Positions 14,771 through 22,963 of a stretch of DNA of 33,185 nucleotides are shown here, in pieces. Position 1 is the first letter of the stretch; every line of letters begins with the position of its first letter. The stretch comes from Elusimicrobiota bacterium (GTDB taxonomy: Bacteria > Elusimicrobiota > Elusimicrobia > FEN-1173): NCBI GenBank assembly GCA_035332125.1, contig DAOQNO010000001.1, positions 1 to 33,185 on the forward strand. The letters run 5' to 3'. The notes beneath the pieces are model-generated. The model worked only from the letters and a program-made list of their open reading frames with translations. It searched no databases and was not told the origin of the DNA. A program made the translations under genes and the position numbers.

Positions 14771-17700
14771 ATGGAGCGGTGCGGACAACGAAAGGGATTC
14801 ACCAACAAGGCGACGGCCGAAGGGCGGGACGCGCGGGGCGGAACGCGTTGGATCGCCGCGCTGGTGGTCCTGTGGGTCGCCGCCTCGGCGATGGCCGCCG
14901 ACGGCCTCGCCTCCGCGCGCTCCCGAGGGGTGTTCAACATCGGCCCTTCCCAGGGCACCGTCAACACGCTCCAGGATCCGGACCTCCAGAAACCGGTTTT
15001 AAAATTTGATTTCACCGCGCCGGCCGGCGCGTTGGTGGGCGTGTGGACCAAGGATTATCCCTCGACGGTGAACGCCGGGGCGGTCCAGCGCGTGGTCGTT
15101 TCGGTCAAAGGGCCGACGGTTCCGCCGCCCGCTTCCGTGGCCCTCGAGATAAAGGGCGTCCGGGAAGTTCAACGCCTCCCCCTCGTCCTGCGCGCCGGGT
15201 GGAATCGGACCGAATCGGCGATTGATTGGGGTCGCATCGGGGCTTTGAAAGAAATCGTTTTTGTCGTTTCGTCGGCCCCCGGCCAAAAGGCCGCCGGGAC
15301 CCTATTGTTTGATTTGGAATTTGCGGCCGGAGCGCCCGCGTCCGCCGCGGTCCTTCCCGCGGACGCCCAGGCCCTGGACGCGGCCCACGCCCCCGCCCGG
15401 GGGTTCTTCAACATCGGACCCGCCGACGGGAAAGCGACCGCCGTTCCGGGCCCCGACGGCCGGGGCGCGCTCCAATTCGATTACGCCATCCCGCCCAAAT
15501 CCATGGCCGGGGTGTGGACGAAAGGCTATCCGCCCGCCCTTTCCCCGGCCACGGCGAACGCGGTGGAGGCGACGGTGCGTTTTCCCGCGGCGGGCGCCGC
15601 GCGCCGTTTGTCGGCCACGGTGGAACTCAAAGGAACGAAAGCCGTCCAACGCATCCCCCTCGAGTTGACCGACGGTGTATCCAAATCCCTTCACGCCGTC
15701 GATTGGAAAACCATCGGAAAGCTCAAAGAGGCCGTCCTGGTCGTGTCGCCGGCCGGGGGGAAAAGCGAAACGGGAACCCTTCTCTTTAATTTGGCGTTCG
15801 TGAAGCGCGCCGTGTTGCCCAAAACGGGCGGCGCCCGCCGTTTGGCGGAGGTGGCGGAGCGGGGCGCATTCAACATCGGCAAAGCCCAGGGAACGATTTC
15901 CCGCGTTCGGGACGGGGAACTCCGCCGGGACGTCCTTCGGTTTGATTTCACGGCCGCGCCCAAGGCGGTCGTGGGGTTGTGGAGCAAGGGCTACGCGGCG
16001 GATTTGTCCGCGGCCGTGGCCAACGCGGTGTCCGTGGGGGTCAAAGGCGGGCGCGGGGCCCCCGTGGCCGCGGTGGGTTTGGAAATCAAGGGCGACAAAG
16101 AAACCCAACGCATTCCCCTTTCCGTGGGCGCCGAATGGACCCGAACCGATCGGGCGGTGGAGTGGGACGCGATCGGAAAGGTAAAGGAAGTCGTTTTCGT
16201 CGTCACGCCCCTGGACCCGGCCAAAAAAAGCGCGGGCCGTTTCTATTTCGATCTGGCGTTTGAAAAAACACCGGTGGCGCCCGCCGGCGCGCCGGGGTTG
16301 GGTCTCTTGAGCGCCACGGAAAAAGGCGTGTTCACCATCGGCGGCGCGGAAGGGCGCGTGGTCATCGAGTCCGAGGCCGCGGCCAAAAAAAATGTTTATA
16401 AATTCACCTACGCCGTGGCGAGCGGCAGTTTGGCGGGCGTTTGGACCAAGGGATACCCGGCCGACTTGACGGCCGCCACCGCCAACGCCATCAACGCGGC
16501 GGTTAAAACGACCACCCCGGAGCAACGGGAAACCTTGTCCGTCGCCCTTGAGTTGAAGGGCGACAAGGCCGTTCAGCGCGTTCCGTTGGAAACGGGCGAC
16601 GGGTGGGCCACCACCGAACACGCCATCGACTGGCCGACCATCGGAAATCTGAAGGAAGCCGTTTTTGCCGTCACCCCCGCCCCCGGCCGATCCAGCCGGG
16701 GCGACCTGTATTTCGACCTTTCTTTCCTCCAGGGAGGAACGCCGGATCTCGCCGGGGCCGGCGCCCCGGGCGCCTTCGGGTTGTTGAACGCCGGCAAGCG
16801 CGGGGTGTTCAACATGGGGGCCTCGGACGGCCGGATCCTCGTGGCTTTTGACGACACCGTCAAAAAGGACCTGATTCGATTTGAATTCACCGCCGCCAGC
16901 GGGTCCGCCGTGGGGGTGTGGAGCAGCGAGTATCCCCCGGCCTTGACGCCGGAAACGGCCAACGGCGTTCGCGTGGCGGTCCACGCCGCGGACGCGGCCC
17001 AGGCGGCCGCCGTGGCGGTGGCCGTTGAGATCAAGGGCCTCAAGGAAACCCAGACCGTGGAAGTTCCTCTCCACGAAGGGTGGACGACGGTGCGGGAAGG
17101 GGTGGATTGGAAAACCATCGGGGGGCTCAAAGAAGCGGTGTTCGTCGTCAAGCCGACCCCGGGCGGCGGATCCGTCAACGGGGCGCTGACGCTGGATCTG
17201 GAATTCATCCAAGGCGATTTTGTCCTGAAGAAAGGCCCCCGGGTCGGCGGTAAGATCGGCTTGGTGTTGCTGACGGGCTTCCTTCTTTTTCTCGCGACGG
17301 CTTTGGTCGGCCGATGGATCCGCGGTCGGTCGCCGTCGGTTCCGGCCCCGGACGCCATCCCCGTTCCGGGGATGGGTCGGGATCTCTTGATGGGATCCCT
17401 TTTGACGGCCGGCCTCGTCGGGACGGTGGCCACCTTCGTGGTGGGTTCCCTCCCGGGGTCCGAAGGGTCTTTCGGGTTTCTGTTGTTGGGCGCCCTGGGC
17501 GCCTTGGTGGGCGAAGGCGCCACCCGGATTCTGGCTCAACGCCCGGGCACCCCGGGCGAAGTCTTCCTGAATTTTGTCTACACCGGCTTGGTGGCCGCGA
17601 GCTCAAGCCTTCAGCCCCTGTGGTTGGCGCCCACCAACGGCGCCCACATATTCCTGAACAACCACCTGACGGCGGCGGTGTTGTTCGCGCTCTACCACGG

Positions 17701-20700
17701 GGTCAACGCCGCTTCCCTCGCCTCGACCGGGAAACCCCTTCGGCCGGTGGTCGGCGCGCTCCTCACCGGCGTTCCGACCCTTTTCGGCGCGCTCCTGGCC
17801 CTTCAGAGCGCCGGATTCGTCGAGGGCCTGGCCGACGCGCTCACCGGGGGCGGTTTCGCCGGACGCGGCCTGCTTCTCCAGACCCTGGGGCGGGTTTTGC
17901 TGGTGTTCGCGGTCAACGAAGCCGTGGCCAACGCCATCGGGCTCGCCGTCAAAGGCAAGGGCCTCACCTCGGCCCGTGGGCATTTGCTTCTTTTCGCCGT
18001 GTCGCTCGGCGTTGTCGTGGCGCCCCAAATCGCGGACGCCGGGTCGTCGGCTTGGGTCGCTTCCCTGCCGCCGCCGGCCGCGGCCGGCGTGGCCGTAGCG
18101 GCCGCCATGGTCGCCCAGGCGGGCCTGTGGGTGGAGGTGTATCTGGTCTCCGGCCTGGTGTTGGACGGGATTTACGGATACGCCCCCGCCCGGGTTCCCC
18201 TCTACCGGCACGCCGCCGTGGGCCTGCAAAAAGGTCTCGCCTTCAGCGGACTTTTCCTCGGCGTTCTGTTCGCGGTCAAGCTCGGATTGTCCGTGGCCGC
18301 GGTCCAGGAATTTCTCGCGGGATCGCCGCTGTTGGCCGGGGCGGTCCTCGGGGCTCTGGTTTATCCTTTCGCCAAGGCGATCGTGGAAAGCTTTGACGGG
18401 AGCATGTCGTTTTTCCGCCGAGCGGTCTACAGTTACCGGAACGGAACCCTTTACGTTCGCGGCGCGGTGGCGGGCGCGGCCCTGGCCTTCGGTTTCACCG
18501 GCGGGTGGGCCGCCCGTTCCACCGGCGAACGCCTCGCCTTCGGCCTTCTGGCCGGCGCCCTCGCTTCGGCGGGGATCAGTGTGCTCCGCGACGCGGTTTA
18601 CGCCGCCACCCGCCGCGGTCGCGTGGGCGTTTGGAAAATTTATCTGGTCGACGGCGGATTGGGGGCCTTCATCGGCGCGGCCTTGGCTTTTTATTTGGAC
18701 GCCGCCCAGGTGCCCGTGTTGGTGGAAAAATTCAAACTTTACACCTCGAGCGGTTTGCCCTCCCAGAACTACACGATTTACGCGCTTCTCAGCAAATGGG
18801 GCCGGGTGGATCTGGGTTCCTTTGCCGGCGGGGCCAAACTGTTCTTCAACGAATCCCTGGCCGGGGTCCTGACCTGGGCCATCGCGGCGTGGCTGTTCGC
18901 GGTCAACCGGGTGTTCATGACCGCGTACTTTCAAAAGGACAAGCAGCCGATCCGGCACTTTTTCTCCCGGGCCGGCCTCGTGGAGTTGGGCGTCAACACG
19001 ATTCACGTGCTTCGCTGGGGTCTGTGGATGGCGCCCATCATCAACACGGGCCTCCGAATGATGGGCCACGCCACCTGGTACAACCAGGACGGCGCGATTC
19101 GAACCCTGGTGGCCATCGTCAAGAACATCACGCTCCACCCCGCGGATTTTCAAGCCTGGAGCCTGAACTTGTTCGTGGCGTTGCTGGCCTACGACGCGGT
19201 CCGCGTGTTGATCTGGATCGACCACATGGGCCTGCGGGTGGCGACCCTCGTCAACCTGAGCTTCCTCGGCATGGACAAACTGGACGAACGCATCGCCCGT
19301 TTCATCGGACCCTCCGCCGCCCAGCGTTACATTCCCGAAGGGGTCAAACGGTTCACGACCTGGGCCCCGCTCCTGATCCCGTTCTACATTCCCCGGGGAG
19401 CGGACTGGGACATGGCCTGGGAAACCTCCCAAAAAATGCAGCGGGCCGCCGCCGAAGCCGGCGGTTTGGACGCTTTTCTCCGGGGCGTTTCGCCCCTGGC
19501 CTGGGCCCTCTGGGGCGCCGGCGCCCTGGCCCTCTTCACGGGACTGATTGTCCTTGGTCGCAAGCGCGCGGAACGTCGTTCGGGGGTCCGGGCCCATGCC
19601 GCGGAATTGGCGAACCGGGAGTACAAGGTGGTGATCAAGGAAAACGGCGAATTCCACAGTGAAATTCTGCAAAAGGGATACGACGTGACCCGCCGGTCCT
19701 ACGACACCCTGGACCCCGCCGGCCGAACCCTGTTTTTGGTCGACACCGAAATCCCGCTCGGGCGCCCGGGCCGCTATTGGCCCCTGGCCGGGAATTTCCC
19801 CCGGGATCGCTTCGACGCGCCCGTGGTTGAGCGTTTCGGCGACGCCCTCCGTTTGATGACTTCCTCCCACGGCGTGCGCGCCACGATCGACGTCCGTCTG
19901 CCGGACCGGGACACCCCGGCGGAGCTGTGGACCCTCACCCTGGAGAACCAGTCCGACCAGCCCCGTCAATTGGTGGCCGTTCCCTACGTGGAGTGGGTGC
20001 TGGATCGACCCGATTCCGACAAAGGACATACCCAGTATGGCCGCCTCTTCCCGGAGATGGAATACGTCCGGGAATCCAACGCCGTCCTGGCCTGGCAGAA
20101 AAAGACGAAGACCATGGGGTATCTGGCGGTTCAAACGGCGCCCCGGGGGTTCTGCACGTCCCGCATGGATTTCATCGGACGCGCCCGAAGTCTCTGGTCT
20201 CCCCGGTTGTTGGAAACCCTTAAATTCTTGGACCCGCAAGACACGGCGGGGTACCCCACCTTCGACCCCATCGCCGGCTTAAAAATCGACGTGGAATTGG
20301 GCGCCCGGGAATCCAAAACTCTCCGTCTGATTTTGGGGAGCGCGAAAAGCCGGGAAGCGGCTCTGGCCGTTCTGCAAAAGCACCTTCGACCCGAAACCGT
20401 GGCGCCGGCCAGCCCGGCCCGGAAGGGCCACCGGGTGCCGCTGATCGGCCACGGCGAAATTCCACCGGGAACGCCCCAGCCGTACTCCGACTATTCGCCC
20501 GATGGAAACACCCTGCGGGTGCACACGCCCCTTACCCCGCGCCCCTACGATCACGCCCTCTCGAACGCGGTGGGGCACTACGTGATGGTCACGAACCGGG
20601 GGCTCCACACGACCTCCAACGGCAATTCCCAGCAAAACCCCGTGACCCCCGATTGGCCCGACACGGTCACCCGGGAGCTTCCCGCCGAGGCCATTTATCT

Positions 20701-22804
20701 TTACGACCCGGAGGAAAAGGAGTGGTTTTCGCCCACCCATCATCCGTTGAACGACCCCGCGGCCAAAAACACCGCGGCCTTCGGCGTGGACGGGACCGCC
20801 GTTTTCCACATGACCAAGAATTCCCTGTCCACCGAATTGACCGTGTTCGTCCCGCCCCAGGAACCCCTGGGGATTTACCGCCTGACGGTCAAAAACAAAG
20901 GGACCCGGACGCGCCGCCTTCGGGTGGCGCCCTATTTCCAAATCGTCCTCGCCGGACAGGCGGAGCCCCGTCGGCGGCCCCTCAAAGTGACGCTGGACAA
21001 ATCCCTGGACGCGCTTTATTTTGAAAACCCGGTAAACGCTTTCCGCTGGGGTCCGGCTTTTGCCTCGCTCTCCATCCCGGCGGAACGGATCGAATCCCAG
21101 CGGGGACGCTTCTTTGGGACCGGCCGCGGGGTGGACCGCCCGCTGTTGGTCGAGCGGGGAGAGCCCGATTGGACGCAAACGTCGGACGACCGGCCGGTGG
21201 CGGGTTTCCTCGGCTCCCTGGAAATCCCCCCGGGCGAGGAGCGCACCGTGGTGGTGGTTCTGGGCCAGATCGATACCCGGGAACAGGCCGCCGCCCTCAT
21301 TCGAAAATACAAGAGCGCGGAAGCCGCCCAGGCCAGTCTGGAAGAAACCCGCCGGTGGTGGACCCGGTTGGTGGGCACCGTGCGCCTGGAAACCTCCAGC
21401 GTTGATTTCGACCGGTTCCAAAACTGGCTCAAATACCAGGCCGTGGCCGAGCGCCTTTGGGCCCGGCGCGGCTTCTATCAAACCAGCGGCGCCTTCGGTT
21501 TTCGGGACCAGCTTCAAGACTCGGTCAATCTGACCTGGGTGGACCCCGCTCTGGCGCGCAAACAAATTCTTCTTCACGCCTCCCAGCAATTCATCGAGGG
21601 CGACGTGGTGCACTGGTTCCACACCCTGCACGACGGGCGAACGGCCTTTTCCAATCGGTCCCACGCCTCGGACAACCTGCTGTGGCTGGCCTGGGCGGCG
21701 GCGGAATACGTGCGCCTCACCGGGGACGAAACGTTGTTGGACGAAATGACGACGTACTTAAGGGCCGAGAACCCCTTCCTGCCCCTGCCCCACAACAAGC
21801 ACGGCTGGGGCACCATCTATCCGCGATCCACCCGGGGCGATACGGTTTACCGGCATAGCCTGAAGGCCATCGACCTGGTCCTCGAAAAACGCATGGGAGT
21901 CAACGGAATCCCATTGATCGGCACCGGCGATTGGAACGACGGTTTGGACGAAATCGGCAGCGAGGGTCGGGGGGAAAGCGTTTGGCTCGGGTTCTTCCTC
22001 CTCTATATATTGAAGAACACCCTGAACATCATCGAGAAAAAAGACGGCCGCCACCGCCGGGATTACTACCTGAAACGCGCCCAGGAACTGGAAGCGGCGT
22101 TGGAAAAAACCTGGCGGGGGGACCGCTATCTTCGGGCCATTCACGACGACGGGACGGAGATCGGCGTGAAAGATTCCGGCGTGTGGGAAATCGACGCCTT
22201 GACCGCCGCCTGGGCGGTCATGGCCGGGTTGAACCCGGAGCGGGCGCGCACGGTCTTTCAAACGGCGCTCACCGTGTTGGAGCGGGAGAACGTTGTTCTC
22301 CTGGGCTGGCCCGCCTTGCGGGAGGACACGAAGCCCTATCTCGGGCGTAGCAGTCATTATCCCGAAGGGGTCCGGGAAAACGGCATGTACTGCCACGGCG
22401 TGCAGTGGCTTGTAAAAGCGGCGCGAATTCTCGCGGAGAAAGCGGAGGAGGACGGCGACGTCGCCAAGGGCAAGGAATACCGGGACGCCAGCTACCGCCT
22501 CTGGATGAAAATCGCTCCCCTGTCCCACGTCGCCACCGGAGAGATTGAGGTTTACGGCGGTCAGCCGAACAAGCAATCGGCCGACTTCCTTACGACCTTT
22601 GATCAGGGCCGGATGATCTGGCACGGCTACACCGGGGCCGCCGGCTGGATGCTCCGCCAGGCCTTTGAAGGCGTGGCCGGGGCTTCTCTCGTCGGAAACC
22701 AGGTGGTGATGCCCCTGGATCTTTCGGAGCTTCGCGGGCCCCTTCGGCTCAAGGCCATTTCCCGGGATTTGTCGGACAGCCCCCTTCGCCCCGGCCGCCC
22801 ATAG
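14771..22804 (+). CDS. Giant (2,677 aa) membrane-embedded GH94 glycoside phosphorylase with an exported 5x repeat array (Cgs-like but without a recognisable GT84 domain)
   Basis: SD GGAGAG (14759-14764) lies 6 nt before the ATG. The leader is signal-like (WIAALVVLWVAASAMA). Five tandem repeats span 14918-17220. A run of ~15-20 hydrophobic segments spans ~17230-19570. The C-terminal ~1,060 aa carry GH94 hallmarks: GFRDQLQD (21497-21520), VVHWFH, GTGDWNDGLD (catalytic-acid motif GDWND at 21927-21941) and YCHGVQW. Confidence 0.9.
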   Translation: MERCGQRKGFTNKATAEGRDARGGTRWIAALVVLWVAASAMAADGLASARSRGVFNIGPSQGTVNTLQDPDLQKPVLKFDFTAPAGALVGVWTKDYPSTVNAGAVQRVVVSVKGPTVPPPASVALEIKGVREVQRLPLVLRAGWNRTESAIDWGRIGALKEIVFVVSSAPGQKAAGTLLFDLEFAAGAPASAAVLPADAQALDAAHAPARGFFNIGPADGKATAVPGPDGRGALQFDYAIPPKSMAGVWTKGYPPALSPATANAVEATVRFPAAGAARRLSATVELKGTKAVQRIPLELTDGVSKSLHAVDWKTIGKLKEAVLVVSPAGGKSETGTLLFNLAFVKRAVLPKTGGARRLAEVAERGAFNIGKAQGTISRVRDGELRRDVLRFDFTAAPKAVVGLWSKGYAADLSAAVANAVSVGVKGGRGAPVAAVGLEIKGDKETQRIPLSVGAEWTRTDRAVEWDAIGKVKEVVFVVTPLDPAKKSAGRFYFDLAFEKTPVAPAGAPGLGLLSATEKGVFTIGGAEGRVVIESEAAAKKNVYKFTYAVASGSLAGVWTKGYPADLTAATANAINAAVKTTTPEQRETLSVALELKGDKAVQRVPLETGDGWATTEHAIDWPTIGNLKEAVFAVTPAPGRSSRGDLYFDLSFLQGGTPDLAGAGAPGAFGLLNAGKRGVFNMGASDGRILVAFDDTVKKDLIRFEFTAASGSAVGVWSSEYPPALTPETANGVRVAVHAADAAQAAAVAVAVEIKGLKETQTVEVPLHEGWTTVREGVDWKTIGGLKEAVFVVKPTPGGGSVNGALTLDLEFIQGDFVLKKGPRVGGKIGLVLLTGFLLFLATALVGRWIRGRSPSVPAPDAIPVPGMGRDLLMGSLLTAGLVGTVATFVVGSLPGSEGSFGFLLLGALGALVGEGATRILAQRPGTPGEVFLNFVYTGLVAASSSLQPLWLAPTNGAHIFLNNHLTAAVLFALYHGVNAASLASTGKPLRPVVGALLTGVPTLFGALLALQSAGFVEGLADALTGGGFAGRGLLLQTLGRVLLVFAVNEAVANAIGLAVKGKGLTSARGHLLLFAVSLGVVVAPQIADAGSSAWVASLPPPAAAGVAVAAAMVAQAGLWVEVYLVSGLVLDGIYGYAPARVPLYRHAAVGLQKGLAFSGLFLGVLFAVKLGLSVAAVQEFLAGSPLLAGAVLGALVYPFAKAIVESFDGSMSFFRRAVYSYRNGTLYVRGAVAGAALAFGFTGGWAARSTGERLAFGLLAGALASAGISVLRDAVYAATRRGRVGVWKIYLVDGGLGAFIGAALAFYLDAAQVPVLVEKFKLYTSSGLPSQNYTIYALLSKWGRVDLGSFAGGAKLFFNESLAGVLTWAIAAWLFAVNRVFMTAYFQKDKQPIRHFFSRAGLVELGVNTIHVLRWGLWMAPIINTGLRMMGHATWYNQDGAIRTLVAIVKNITLHPADFQAWSLNLFVALLAYDAVRVLIWIDHMGLRVATLVNLSFLGMDKLDERIARFIGPSAAQRYIPEGVKRFTTWAPLLIPFYIPRGADWDMAWETSQKMQRAAAEAGGLDAFLRGVSPLAWALWGAGALALFTGLIVLGRKRAERRSGVRAHAAELANREYKVVIKENGEFHSEILQKGYDVTRRSYDTLDPAGRTLFLVDTEIPLGRPGRYWPLAGNFPRDRFDAPVVERFGDALRLMTSSHGVRATIDVRLPDRDTPAELWTLTLENQSDQPRQLVAVPYVEWVLDRPDSDKGHTQYGRLFPEMEYVRESNAVLAWQKKTKTMGYLAVQTAPRGFCTSRMDFIGRARSLWSPRLLETLKFLDPQDTAGYPTFDPIAGLKIDVELGARESKTLRLILGSAKSREAALAVLQKHLRPETVAPASPARKGHRVPLIGHGEIPPGTPQPYSDYSPDGNTLRVHTPLTPRPYDHALSNAVGHYVMVTNRGLHTTSNGNSQQNPVTPDWPDTVTRELPAEAIYLYDPEEKEWFSPTHHPLNDPAAKNTAAFGVDGTAVFHMTKNSLSTELTVFVPPQEPLGIYRLTVKNKGTRTRRLRVAPYFQIVLAGQAEPRRRPLKVTLDKSLDALYFENPVNAFRWGPAFASLSIPAERIESQRGRFFGTGRGVDRPLLVERGEPDWTQTSDDRPVAGFLGSLEIPPGEERTVVVVLGQIDTREQAAALIRKYKSAEAAQASLEETRRWWTRLVGTVRLETSSVDFDRFQNWLKYQAVAERLWARRGFYQTSGAFGFRDQLQDSVNLTWVDPALARKQILLHASQQFIEGDVVHWFHTLHDGRTAFSNRSHASDNLLWLAWAAAEYVRLTGDETLLDEMTTYLRAENPFLPLPHNKHGWGTIYPRSTRGDTVYRHSLKAIDLVLEKRMGVNGIPLIGTGDWNDGLDEIGSEGRGESVWLGFFLLYILKNTLNIIEKKDGRHRRDYYLKRAQELEAALEKTWRGDRYLRAIHDDGTEIGVKDSGVWEIDALTAAWAVMAGLNPERARTVFQTALTVLERENVVLLGWPALREDTKPYLGRSSHYPEGVRENGMYCHGVQWLVKAARILAEKAEEDGDVAKGKEYRDASYRLWMKIAPLSHVATGEIEVYGGQPNKQSADFLTTFDQGRMIWHGYTGAAGWMLRQAFEGVAGASLVGNQVVMPLDLSELRGPLRLKAISRDLSDSPLRPGRP
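14918..17220 (+). repeat. Five in-frame tandem protein repeats (~154-160 aa each, diverged) within the giant gene
   Basis: Each unit opens with (R/K)G-x-F-(N/T)-(I/M)-G, at nt ~14927, ~15400, ~15862, ~16323 and ~16802. Each continues with L-x-F-(D/E/T)-(F/Y), G-(V/L)-W-(T/S)-K-(D/G)-Y-P, (L/V)-E-(I/L)-K-G-x-K-x-x-Q-x-(I/V/L)-P-L, (I/V)-(D/E)-W-x-x-I-G-x-(L/V)-K-E-(I/A/V)-V-F-V-V and (L/F)-x-F-(D/N)-L-x-F. Confidence 0.85.
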
Positions 22805-22825
22805 CCTAAATCCCCTCGTTCCAAG

Positions 22826-22867
22826 CCCCGCCGAAGGCCCCGCCTTCGGCGGGGTTTTTCTTTATTT
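22826..22867 (+). terminator. Rho-independent terminator closing the glycan operon
   Basis: A perfect 12-bp GC stem joins ccccgccgaagg (22826-22837) and ccttcggcgggg (22843-22854) with a 5-nt loop. It is followed directly by tttttctttattt, and it begins 22 nt after the stop at 22804. Confidence 0.85.
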
Positions 22868-22918
22868 CCTCGTCGGAAAAAATGCCTATTGCGCTGTTGT
22901 CAAAAAAAGTGCCCACGT

Positions 22919-22963
22919 GGGCAACGAAATGTTACGTAATTGTTACATTTCGTTAACCATCTC
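22919..22963. promoter_or_regulatory. Two adjacent palindromic candidate operator sites in an AT-rich island
   Basis: TGCCCACGTGGGCA (22919-22932) is a perfect 14-nt palindrome. It abuts the inverted repeat aacgaaatgt (22932-22941) / acatttcgtt (22954-22963), which extends to 13-nt arms with one mismatch. A TACAAT -10-like hexamer lies at 22988-22993. This is the only clearly AT-rich stretch in the window. Confidence 0.45.

Noticed and set aside
14918-17220. The 5x repeat region as an assembly artefact or a recent tandem duplication
   Set aside because: The units are strongly diverged at nucleotide and protein level (only motif-level identity), are all in frame, and have unequal lengths. This indicates ancient duplication and not collapse or expansion artefacts.
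15302-20239. Very long antisense ORFs (15302..17539 -, 745 aa; 17603..20239 -, 878 aa) opposite the giant gene
   Set aside because: Their translations are dominated by Arg/Gly/Pro/His runs with no motifs. They lie exactly opposite a sense frame with clear GH94, TM and repeat signatures. Long stop-free antisense frames are expected in GC-rich coding DNA.
14771-22804. Annotating the giant gene simply as cyclic beta-1,2-glucan synthase (cgs/ndvB/chvB)
   Set aside because: Only the GH94 part and the membrane embedding resemble Cgs. I cannot find the GT84 polymerase domain, and the N-terminus is an exported repeat array. A gene symbol would therefore over-claim.
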